Assembly: GCA_012295275.1 (NCBI GenBank)
Contig: CM022676.1
Location: forward strand, 1,736,001-1,800,000
Direction: 5' to 3'
DNA length: 64,000 nucleotides
Origin: Chrysomallon squamiferum
Lineage: Eukaryota; Animalia; Mollusca
The stretch's first letter is position 1; the number at the start of each line of letters is the position of its first letter. The position numbers and the translations under genes were made by a program. Under the pieces are notes generated by a model. The model made no database searches, had not been told where the DNA came from, and saw nothing but the letters and a program-made list of their open reading frames with translations. Shown here piece by piece: positions 1 to 22,853 of the stretch.

Positions 1-740
1 TGCTAAATGAAAAAAAAAAAAAAATAATAATAATAAATAATAGATAAATAAAAATATGTGTGTGTATATATGTATATATATCTATTATTTATTATTATAT
101 ACACACATGTATGTGTGTATATATGTGTATATATATATATTTACATCCATTCAGCTGTGTATATATTATATAATAATAATAATAATAATAATAAATAATA
201 GATCAATAAAAATATGTGTGTATATAAATATATATATATATATATATTTACACATATATACACACACATATTTTTATTTATTATTATTATTATTATTTTT
301 ATTTTTATTTTTTCATTTAGCACATTAAATTTGGAATGTCAGCTGTAGTACAGAAATATGGCCAAATATTTTTGTTTTATAATGGAAAATGTACCATACA
401 ACAGTTGTTTATCAAGATATTATCATTTTGATGGATTAAGGATTAAAATGATATATACATTATCAGTATTTTTTGCTGCTACTAGGAGTCTCTAGTTAGA
501 ACTGGAAATAATGCTTAGAAGACTGAGGAGGACTAAACAGTTTATTATATTTGTATGTGGAAAGCTATTTTACTATTACGGTGCTTGTATGCTTTATTAA
601 TTAATGATATGGAAGAAAAGAACAAAAACAAAAAAATACATTCCACAATGCAACAAACTAAATTGTAGCCATTACTTTAAAAACATTTTTCATTTTGATA
701 ATGTTTTAAATGAAAATAAATATGTGTGTGTGTATGAGAA

Positions 741-742
<2 letters not shown>

Positions 743-790
<48 letters not shown>
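743..790. repeat. (CA)n microsatellite
   Basis: Perfect dinucleotide run. Confidence 0.95.
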
Positions 791-795
<5 letters not shown>

Positions 796-3700
796 GGTTA
801 TTGAATATAAACACATAAAAAACAGTAAACATGTATGTTTGTGAGTGAATATATGCTTGTATATGTGTAAATTTATTAACTGATTTATAAATAATTAAAA
901 AAATAAAATATAGTTATTTGTTAACATTATATTGGTTGCATGTGAATGAAAAGAGCAAACTTTTCTTAAGTGATAATAAATTTCAGGAACAATTTAGTTT
1001 TTCAGTACGACACATTTGGTGATATTTTATCTGTCTTCTTTCTGAAATTACAATATAGTTTCAAATGCAGTTTGGTTTTTGTTCAACTTCTTTCATGTAA
1101 GTTAACAAACTCAATTATAAAACAGGAAGAGTACTCTTTTAGAAATACTGTTAAGTTGTTTATTGTGCTTGGTTTTCAAAATGCATGTTAAGAATGTCAG
1201 TAACTGGAAAATAGTGGTATCTATTTTGTTTCTTTGCATTTCCATAATGATTCATGTGTTACAGCAGTGTTTACTTTTTAACATGGTGACATCACTTTTT
1301 CTTATATCTGGTGAATAAATTCTGATGTGGCAGTAACTGCTGAATAGTATAAAGCTATTCTGATTTATTGTTAAATATATCTTTTTAATTTTTAATTTTT
1401 TTATTTAACTATAGAGCTTTTAAAAATATATTATTTTTTTAGAATACCTTTTTGATTATTATTATCATTATTTTTTTTTTTTTTACTTTTTTGTATGAAG
1501 TATATTAAACAAAATCATAATGATGATAGTAATAAAAATACAGGTATGAGATGTCAGAATATTTATTTTTGCTTCTTTCTTTATTTTACTCCATTTTGTT
1601 ATTTAAAAAAAAAAATTATTCTTAGTTTTAAAACAAGTAATAAAAGAATTGCAGCCGATAGCAGTCTTATAACCGGTCAGTTGTATGTTACATAACTGGA
1701 TTAAAAATGTGTCATGTAATTTTATAATAAAGTGGTTGAAGAGTATTTAAAACTTTCTCAGTTTTGGAATAAATATTATAAATTTGTGAAATCATTGACA
1801 ATTGATTTTTTAGGTTCATTACAATTTAAACATAAATAAACTACTTATGTCAAATTATAAGGATTTTTTTTTTATTGTTGTCTCTAAATCATAGAATGTA
1901 TTCATCTAAATGTAAAAAAATAATAATAATAAAAAAATTACAATTACAACTTTTGTCATGACAAAATTAACATTTCATTCTGTTACAAAATAATAATGCT
2001 ATTTCAAAAGTGTCGTTTTGTAAAAACATTGTTGAATTTGAATAAACCTGAAAAATCAAAATATCAGTAATTTCACAAATTTTTAAATATTTGTCTTAAA
2101 CTGGAATTTAAAGGAATTTTGAAAGAAAAGAAAAAAAAAAAACTTATGTTAATTTTCTTAATATTTCCATTTTTATCTGTCACCATTGTAATGGTTTTCA
2201 CTTTTTTTGGCAATAGGATTAGACTTACAAGTGAGTTTTGAATGTAATAATTAAACATCTATTTCCTTAAAGAAGTTTGATCTTCATCAGTTATAACCAG
2301 CACTTACTTCATCCAGCAAACACTATAATATATTTTAATAAAGTTCAGTTCATTTGAACAGAAGTCTGTCTTTCTCTATTCCCCTTCAGCTATTTCTCAT
2401 AGTAGCGAAGCACTGGTAAAATGAAATTCCATATTTTATACCATCTGTGAGAAGGTGCTAATAATGCATGCTTGCTGCTAATTGAAGAGTAGCTCATGGA
2501 GATGTGTCATTGGGTTTCCTCTTATGCAAACAAAAGCATATATTGTTATATGAGTTTATATGAAAATATTCTTACTCGTTAATTCATTGGTAAACTTTCA
2601 GAAGTATATCAGTTTCATTGTTATTTTTTTGAATAATTTTACATAACTTGTTTAAACAAATGTAAGATGATATGAATTTAAAAACGTAGAACGACTGAAA
2701 ATAAAAAATAATGAATCGAAGAAAACCCATAAATAACAGCCAAAATACTTTTCTTTTATTAATTTTGAAGTGTACCTGTGGACATAGGAAAAAATTGTCT
2801 GTATAAATATATTCTGCATTCTTTCAAGTTATGCTGGTGTAGTTTTTGTTTTTGTAGGGTTTTTAAAAAATCTAATCTTAATTAATAATGAAATAGAAGA
2901 ATAGTAGAGTAAAGTTTAAACTGACAGCTATCAATTGACCCTGTATGCAATACGGCAATGACTCCAGTCATAACAGAGTAAAACTGTTGTCATACCTAGT
3001 TATAAAGCATAAGATGTCACCAAAACAATAAAGTAATAATTTACAAGTTACAAATAATTTTATTAGACTTTTTTAATACCTCCACAGGCTGTACACAATG
3101 ATAAAGAAAAATGAAAAAAGAAAAGCATTTTGGTTTCCAAAACTGCAACATTAAATTTAATAACAACAAAGCAAACTGTTTTATCAAAATTTAATATAAA
3201 TAATTTCTGACATTTTATAAAAAGTATCACACAAAAAAATCATGATGTTGATAAAAAAAAACACTATTGTTTTCCATGAATATTCATATGCAGTGACATA
3301 AATTGCATAATCTGATATTACAGTTGTGATTTGCTAAATAAATAAATAGATAAACAAAAAACCCCATATTTTTAACTATAGTTTTGCATGTAAGTAACAA
3401 AGGCAGAATTTAAAAACCAAAATTATAATAATAATTAAAAAAATTATTATTTTCATTTCACAGTTGCACTTAATATTTAGTTTATTTCTATTCTAATCAG
3501 ATCCCAACAAAGATATATACTTTATTAAATTTCATACTTTCAGACCCTTATTCATGATAAACTAGCAAATAATGAACAACAATGAAAGAAAATGTATATT
3601 TATTTTTCAATATGGGGTCAAATATAGGATAAAAATAACAACATACCCTTCGAAAATTTAAATAAAAAGTTTAGTTAAAAACTACTATTGTTATAAACAT

Positions 3701-4198
3701 CGTTATCCTTAAAATGTTCTTAAATGTTCTGAAAAAAGGTACAAACCATTTTATTAACATATGTGAAAAGATACAGCTTATATTATATTGAGCAACACGT
3801 CGTAACAGACTGAATCACTATATTTTATCTCTATCACAATGTAAAAGTTATTAAAAACACAACATTAAGAAAAGTTTGTTGTATTTTTCTAAATAATAAG
3901 TAATTTCTCTTTTCTTTTTTTTCTTGAACAAGAATTAAAATAATTTATTTTATCAAGTATCTTCTTTACAGTTATGTCTCATGTAAATCAGAAATAAATT
4001 ATTAAAACAACACAGACTAGATTTTTCAGTCAGTTTTTATTATTTTTGGAAACAAATAGTAACAAATATATAAAAAAGTTGAAAGAATATTCTGAGTTTG
4101 AACAGACAATCTTTGTTTTAAGACTACATGTTTATATATTTGGAAATAAATAATATAATAATAATTAAAAAAAAAGGATATTAAACTGACAGTTTATT

Positions 4199-14646
<10,448 letters not shown>

Positions 14647-14727
14647 ATTTGTTGCGATACTTTTAATACATTCGTTTGTTATAGCTGTCTACATCCACCA
14701 TAGTTCCAATATGGCTGCAAGGTAAAC

Positions 14728-14741
14728 GTTACTATAGTAAC
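14728..14741. promoter_or_regulatory. RFX X-box palindrome upstream of CFAP91
   Basis: Perfect 14-bp palindrome GTTACTATAGTAAC about 80 bp upstream of the CFAP91 ATG. It fits the RFX X-box consensus typical of ciliary gene promoters. Confidence 0.7.
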
Positions 14742-15795
14742 ATATCCTGAAACAAAATTGTTAATCTTGAATATTTTTTAAAAATAATATAATTTATTGA
14801 ATATTCTATAGACTGTAAACAATTAATAAAACAATTCCTGAAAATATATTATTAAAAAGAATAAATACGTATATAAGCAATGACATTTTCGGCAACAATC
14901 GGATCAACTCGACATATTCCGTTAAGAAAAATAACTTCGACTTAAAATACTTATACTACGTATGTTTAATCATATTTTTGTATTTTCGTTATTAAATATG
15001 AATACGTGATCTCAATCGCTCTTTCTCTTTTTATCTTTTCTCGTAATTTCATTTTTATTGTATTACTTATTTATTTAATTTAATTAATTGAAAGTAAAAT
15101 CATGACTTAAATATTAATTGTCTGACCAGCTAAAGAAACAAACACAGCTGAATAAATAAATATTTTGATTAAAAATGAATACATTATGTCTATAATTTGT
15201 GTTCATGCAGTTTATACCTGTTATTAATATAATGACAGTAAAATAAATTGCATATATTATCATTTAAATAAATAATCTGAATTGATTCGTGGCTATTTCT
15301 CTATTATTTCTGTGGCATTATAAAAAAAATATTTTAATTATTGTGTATTTAATGAATGCTAATAAGAGAATAAAATTTATTTTAAAAATGTATGTATAAA
15401 ATTTTAAAAAAAGAAAAAGTAAAGATTTAAGTTTCTCTATTGCAAACCTATAAATAAAAATAATTACTGTGCTGGTTTATTTATTTATTTATACAGAGGT
15501 AACTTATTTGAACTATTTAAATACAATAGTGTACTTGTTCAAATAAAACAATAATTTACACATTCATATTAATTAATTAATATATTTACTCATTTATGAT
15601 TTTCTAAACTACGCGTCTGTGTGTATGAGCGTGTCTGTGACTATGTTTGTGTGCATTATCTCGTTTTTGATAGTTATATTTTAAATTAGATTGTGTAGGT
15701 GGACGATAATTTTTACCATTTCCAAAAACAGTTTTCTATCGTTTAATATTTGTTTTACCCATTTTGATACAGTAGTGTAGATGTTAAGAAAAGGA

Positions 15796-15827
<32 letters not shown>

Positions 15828-15874
15828 AAAAATAAAATTATCTTCTAAAATATTAATTTATTGCTTTGTTAATT

Positions 15875-15876
<2 letters not shown>

Positions 15877-15966
<90 letters not shown>
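15877..15966. repeat. Compound (CT)n(GT)n microsatellite
   Basis: Adjacent perfect dinucleotide runs in the CFAP91/DUF218 intergenic region. Confidence 0.95.
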
Positions 15967-15969
<3 letters not shown>

Positions 15970-16170
15970 TTGTGTGTGTGTGAACGAAGCCGGAGAACTT
16001 CATACTTTTCGTCACATCAGTTTAGTACCTACGTCCCCCAAAATAGGCTGCATCAGATATTAAGATGCAAGGTAATTAATTAATTATTTATTTGTTATTA
16101 TTAGTATTGTTTTTGTATGTAATAATAAAATTGAAATAAACCTACTATTCGTTCTGTACTATATAACTGG

Positions 16171-16180
16171 ATGACGTCAT
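16171..16180. promoter_or_regulatory. CRE-like palindrome in the CFAP91/DUF218 intergenic region
   Basis: ATGACGTCAT perfect palindrome about 280 bp upstream of the DUF218 ATG; an E-box TCACGTGA lies at 16354-16361. Motif match only. Confidence 0.3.
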
Positions 16181-16459
16181 GCAACTGTTTGTCATCAGTG
16201 GGAAAATGTCAAACATTTCTTCTGGTTTTTTCTTTGATAGATATAAAATATCGGTAATATTTATTTATATTATATGTGGACACTGTTTATATTGATTTTG
16301 AAAAACTAAAATAATTATAAAATTACTATAGGTATCAATCATCATTATCGATCTCACGTGAAATTAATCATTGTTATCACCTTTTGAATCTTACAAAATT
16401 ATCTTTATAGATTTCGCGTGGAAATCAAAATTTAGTTTTTACGTCTCAATTTGTCACAA

Positions 16460-16633
16460 ATGAAATGTCAAGATAAAAATGGCGGTCGGTATTGTGATCA
16501 GGGGATAAATGCTGCAATTAAAATTTGGGATTACATGAACATGGGACACACTTTACAAAAGGTAAGGAAAATTTTACTTTATAAGTTTTCTTTTTTCTTT
16601 TTCTTTCTCTTATTTTCTTCTTCTTATTCTCAT

Positions 16634-16667
<34 letters not shown>

Positions 16668-18169
16668 AAACAAAGGCATTAAATACTAAGTATAGGGAGT
16701 TCGCTAAACCAAGATGCCGTTTCGCGAATTGTTTTACCGATAACAGATCATTATTTTCAATACAAATTGTGCTTAATGAGCTTTAATATTATTTACAGAA
16801 ATTAACAAAAGTGTACATTAAATGTCATTAAAATATATTAGTGTAGTTGTGTTATATTATTAATACTGTGTTTTAGACATATATAACAAATAAAACTATG
16901 AGTTAATCGACACGTGCGTTTCCATTTTTTTATTTTATTTATTTATTTATTTTATTTTATTTTATTTTATTTTATTTTATTTTATTTTTTTTTGCGGCCA
17001 AATACCCATTAACTTCAACAAACGATCATGCCTTCAGCCCGTCCATCCAAATAAACCAATGAGCATTAGTAAAAAATAGCTTGTATAATTCAGAAGACGA
17101 TTAATTTCCATTATGTAATCACTAATGGTTTACAAATGCAAAATCTAATTGTGTTTAATGCTATTTATTTTATGTATGAATACTTTTTTGATATTTAATA
17201 ACATTTTAACGTAATTTATGAAAGTATAAACCCCCTTCAATACTATAAGGGAACGCTCCGCTGCTCGTTCAAAATGGCGGGAAGATTTATTCCGTATTTG
17301 TTTGGGGTGTTGGGTTGTTAGTTGCATTGTACTTGTAGGGGCTAGAAACAATACATTCGTCTGTTGATTTAACATTATTACACTTTTTATTATTAAAATC
17401 AAATATAATATTTAGTATACTTTATACTCTATACAATACATAATTATTTATCTTTATCAAGTGTGGATCCACTATATATAAATTTGTTTTCAAATGTTAC
17501 GGGACCAATACATTATTTTCACTTCCTATGTTGAGAGACGGGTGCGTGCTTGTCTATATTATATGTCAAGGTACATACATTGGATAATAAAATGTTGATA
17601 GTTGACTTTCATAGTGTCTGTTTTAATAGTATGCAAAATTTGACAAAACTGGATAAAAATTGAACGTAAATTTACAAGAACAGCAAAAAAATTGATATTT
17701 CTGGTGCCACGTTTGAAACAAACGTTTGAGGTAACGTAATTACTAGCTCACCTTTTCTAAAAAAAATCGGGCATGTTAGCATCTTTGATTTGACGTAGCT
17801 CATAAACTACTTACCCGATTTAAAAACGTCAAAGTGCTAATTGTTTCTTTTGAGTGAACTCCTGACTAAATATATATGAGACAGAAAATTATCATTATTA
17901 TTAGTAGTAGTATTTAATTAATTTATTATTCATACGTGGATACATAATCAACATTAGAGATTCCTGATATTTTGGTTATTTATCCATTTCAATTTAGTCT
18001 GACGTCATTCTAGTACCTGGCAGTAACGACACCAGGACTGCGGTACTGGCGTCACAGCTGTTTAACAAGGGCTACGCAGACTGGTTATTATTTTCTGGAA
18101 AAGAAGGAAACCTTACAAATGGTATTTGTTTTTAGTTTGAAATTATTTTCATCATCCATTAAAAAAACC

Positions 18170-18209
<40 letters not shown>

Positions 18210-19434
18210 CGACGAAGGAAGCATTATAAAGAAATCTAAACAAACAGAATAATTTTTTGTTTTCTGTCTTTCAAGTAGCATGGACCAACAGGAACGATAA
18301 CTCGTAACTGCACAATTTACGTCACGGAAAAAAGCCTCCGCATTATAATTTCAGTTAATTATGCACGCAGTTACACAAAAATAATCCAGTTTGAAAAGTT
18401 TGATTAAGTTGAAAAAGTAATTTGAAAGGCGCGTGAAATAATGGTTTGGTAACGTGAACAATCATCCTTATCTTTATCAGTGTAATTCATAAAAAGTTCT
18501 GAGAAATGGACGCAAAATAATTTAATTTGGAAGTCAAAAAATGTCCGTGAGTTCACGGAAACTTCCGATCGAAATCCAATATGGCAGCGTCGAACCGCCG
18601 ATTAGTGTTTACAAACATTAAATACGTATGCCTTCATAATACAATCAATCTACATGTATTATTAAAAGTAATTTGGGGAAATATGTTATTTAATCAACGC
18701 CTCGTATACATAAAACTCTATTACTAAGTAGAAACTGCTCCAAAGGTCGAATCCTTTTTTTTTTTTTTTTTTGTTAACATTTACCTCATACCATCTCGTA
18801 CGCATTTCGTACGATATATATTTTTTTTTTTTCAGATATTTTTACCATGTCGCCAGCCAAAAATAATATATATTTTTTTTTAATTTTTGTTTTTTTATAT
18901 ATATAAAATTATAATAAAATAAAATAAAATAAATAATTTTCACGGATACTGGAGCGTGAATATGAAGACGACTATTCTCATTAGGTACCATAATGTGGAC
19001 TCGTTACTCTGCTAAAACGCCATAGTAGACAGTTCGGAGTACGAAGTTGTAAAACGATACTTGAAACTATTATAATTCTTTTCTTTTTTTTACATATTTA
19101 TTTCCATTTTCAAAGGTTGTATTTACATGTAAAAAACCACAAATTGATCACGTGCTATTTGAATGATTGCCTTGATACATTCATTATAACGCTTCAATCA
19201 GTTTTACAATAGAACATTTTCCAAAAACAAATTAAAGTTCGTCAACCGGCCTTATAATTTTTTTTATTAAAAATAAAATTTTCACTCTTTTGCTGAAACA
19301 AAAAGCATTCAACTTCTAAAACATGTACTATTATGTATATATTTTTTTAAAATCATTGGTCCATGCCATTTCAAGTGCTGAAATTTAATAAATAAATAAA
19401 GGTGTCGACCATCAACATCTTTTAATAATTCTTC

Positions 19435-19467
<33 letters not shown>

Positions 19468-20045
19468 CATTTGAACTGAAAACACTTTAAGAATGTGTTT
19501 CAGTGCAGTCTAATAAAATTAAATTGAAAACAAATTTTATAGATTTCGTCTTACAAGATATTGCTTTGTTATTTTTATTAATTTTGTTAATCCTAGGAAA
19601 ATGGATGCAAGCTGAAGCTCTAGTTTTCCGAGATATTGCCATCAGTCTTCATGTGCCAAAAGAAAGAATAATTGTTGAAACATGTGCTACAAACACTGGT
19701 GAAAACATGTTATTTTCTTATCAAATTTTACAGCAAAAAGATTTGCATCCCAATAAAATAATTATCGTTCACACGCCATACATGGAACGAAGATCATATG
19801 CAACCTTTATGAAGCAGTTTCCAGGAGCAAACGACATTGAAGTATCACTAACGTCACCCAAATTATCATTGATGGAGTATCCTAATAAGGAGGTGGGATC
19901 ATTAGATGATGTCATTGGTGTTTTGATTGGTTGTCTGAAAAGAATAAAAGATTATCCAGATAAAGGATTCCAGATTTATCAAGATATTCCAAACGATGTT
20001 TGGGAAGCTTACAAGGAGTTGTCTAAATTAAGAAACACTAACTAA
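16460..20045 (+). CDS. YdcF/DUF218-family protein (bacterial SCO4629-like), 3 exons, 224 aa
   Basis: Exons 16460-16561, 17998-18121, 19597-20045; GT-AG, phases 0 and 1, 675 nt. Translation: MKCQDKNGGRYCDQGINAAIKIWDYMNMGHTLQKSDVILVPGSNDTRTAVLASQLFNKGYADWLLFSGKEGNLTNGKWMQAEALVFRDIAISLHVPKERIIVETCATNTGENMLFS...HTPYMERRSYATF...KRIKDYPDKGFQIYQDIPNDVWEAY. Motifs IWDY, FSG, E-x-x-ATNTGEN, PYMERR and YP-x-x-GF are characteristic of YdcF/DUF218 proteins. Confidence 0.85.
18277..19367. mobile_element. Non-autonomous TIR element with 9-bp TSD (MULE-like MITE) in DUF218 intron 2
   Basis: Inverted ends GCATGGACCAA (18278-18288) and TTGGTCCATGC (19356-19366), flanked by CTTTCAAGT (18268-18276) and ATTTCAAGT (19368-19376), an 8/9 match. 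The interior is CpG-richer than the flanking intron. Confidence 0.6.
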
Positions 20046-22459
20046 ACGTGTTATTTAATTTTTATATATATATATATTTTGTTTTGTTTTGTTCTTGCTT
20101 TGTCCTTCTTACTATTTCTTTTGATTTTCATTCTGTGCAATGGTAAACAAAAACTATAAACTAATAATCAGAAACAGTATGAAAGACAGATAGACGGGCA
20201 GACATAGAAAGTTAGAGAGATACCGATACAATAAAAATTAGTTTTGTTCATTTTTCAAGATACCTTTTTTTGCGACAAGTATTAGTGTTTTGGAGAATAA
20301 AATCATTTATAAAAAAATTTGAAATCTCTTTGATAATGTCAACTGTTACTTAGCTTTTTATTTATATTCATAAGATGAAGTTACGGTATAAATAATTTGC
20401 CGGTCTTCCCTCATCTTCGTAAAACTTATTTTTACTACTTTATTAGTAGCAAAACTTGTAGATTTTAGTTTAATAGATTTCTTTAACTAATAATGTCTAT
20501 CAAATGCATTACACTTTAATGGCTATCTTTTAATATTGTAATTATCGTTAATACCATCTAAAAAGCCAGCAGAATAGCAGCATCCTAGTGGAAAATTTAC
20601 AAGGAACCAGACTTCGCTCATTTTTTTCAGAGAAATTGTGATGGAAACCTGAAAATGCAAAAATCTGGGTCACATCTGGTCCCCAGTTTGTACAGTAAAA
20701 TGATCTTATATGTACCGACTCTTTCAAGTGTTCTAAATCCAGATTACTTCGCTTATTTTATTATTTTATATTTGCTGATTCTGGTTAATCCCCTATGTTA
20801 CTTTTCTACTATTTTTGTAAAAATTTGTTTCTATCATGAAAACAATAAAAAACAAACACAGAAAACAGTTTTAAAAACCAAATTATAATAACAAATGCAG
20901 AGGATGGCAAACTGAAAAATTAACTATATATATTTTTTATCTTCCTATTATTAAGCAATATACTTGCAAATTTGATTATTAAACAGGTTTTTACATAATG
21001 ATAAGTAAAACAAATTATCTACATCATGACAGGAAATTAAGATATTTATGTAGAGATATAAACTGCTTCTCATTCTCTTAACTCACCTCTTTATGATAAT
21101 GTGAACCGAATGTTGTTATGAATGATATTAAAAAATTATAACATACTATTTCTGACACCCTATATAAATAACTGGTGTTTATATATGTATGTTATGTTAA
21201 TGATAATGTATGTTTGCGAACAATAGTGAATTAGCTATCGAAAGGAAATAAAGATGACCAAAAGCAATTTGAAACATATCATTAAGTACTTCCTTTCATC
21301 AGAACATCTAATTCCGTTACAAATTTACATTCCTGTATATTGATCTGTCAGCTTAAGACAATGCCAAGTGTAATAATCTGCGATCCTTTAACACTGCAGT
21401 GAACAGAACCAAATGTTTCCTTTTTAATTTTTTGTAAGAATGAATAAAAGTACTACACAATTAGTAATCAGTCATGTTTAGTCGCATTCTAAATGATAAA
21501 CCAGAATTTGTCAAATTAGTTTTACATATCATACTTATTTTTTTACACAATGAAATTTCTAGAGCACTTCAATCATATTAAACTTGTTATAAGCAAGATC
21601 ATAAAACATAGCATCAACAGAATCCTGCCTTCGAAAAGTTGCAAAAAAAAAGAAAGAAAAAGAGAAGTGTTTGTGTGTGTGTGTGTTTGTATAGATACAT
21701 ATCCAGTTTTTGTGTGTGTATATGTATACACACACACACACACACACAAACCTATTCAAAATATTGTTACACTCTAAAACAATGTTTCTATGCCATCATT
21801 AACTTTCATTAGGGAACTTTTTGAAAATGCTTTCTGATGCATTCACTTTGAAGCTTGTAACAATACAGGCATTCACATGACAAAAGAGTTTATAATAATA
21901 CTGAATTAATGATTATTTCAACCAAAGCTTGTTAGCATGAGTTTTAAACACATCTTAAACATTCAAGTTAATACAACAGATTGAAAACCTTCACCTTCAC
22001 TGATGCTCCAGCATCATGTAGCTATGTACACAAACAGCAGAAATTTAGTTTTACATTCATATGAGAAATATCTGTATTATATTTCTGTTAACATAAAAGA
22101 AAAAAACTTTCATAGATGCTAAATTTTTTAGATACCATGGTAAAATAACTATCCCAAAATATTTTTCAAGTTTTTAAAAATAATATTTGGTTTTTAATGT
22201 TAGTTAAAAATATACAGTTTTGATACTATTATTAAAAAATGTGAAAATTTTTATACTAATTATTCAAATCTATATTATTTAATTTTTTTAATCTAAAATT
22301 AAAAACTATTATTATTCAAGAATACAGAGAATATTTCAAATGTATAATACTTTGAACATTTCAGTCTATTCTATGTTTTAAATTTCTCTTTCTATCTCTG
22401 TAATTAAGGATTATTTTTCTCTATAGCTTGGTGTTAAATTTTAAAAGTGTACATTTTAA

Positions 22460-22817
22460 TCAGGCATTGTTCTGCATGGGGATAGTAAGTCCCAGGCGGT
22501 TGGCAACACGTATCTGCACAGTTGCTGCATCAACCATTGATGAAAGGTGACACATTTCAAACTCAGACTTTGACAGTTCCATTGCTTTTCTAAAATTAAC
22601 CAATGCTTCATCCATATTGCCTCTGTAAAATAAAATTAAAATAATTTTTGAAAAAGACAGTTACTTGAAAGAAAATTTACATATCAAATTATATTATAAT
22701 TGACAAATAATCAAAAAAAAAAATTAAATATTCAATTGATCAACAAATCTATAAAGCATTAAATCCTTTTTAAACTCCATTTCAATTTTTTTTCTTTTGT
22801 GCTCAAAACTTCTAAAA

Positions 22818-22853
<36 letters not shown>

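Noticed and set aside
56-804. Short ORFs rich in Y/I/C/V/H/T (also 15781, 15866, 35333, 35512, 36269, 39610, 44224)
   Set aside because: Translations of microsatellites and low-complexity AT tracts.
16990-17870. CpG-richer stretch in DUF218 intron 1 that looks like a repeat fragment
   Set aside because: No TIRs, TSD or coding remnant found, so it cannot be classified.
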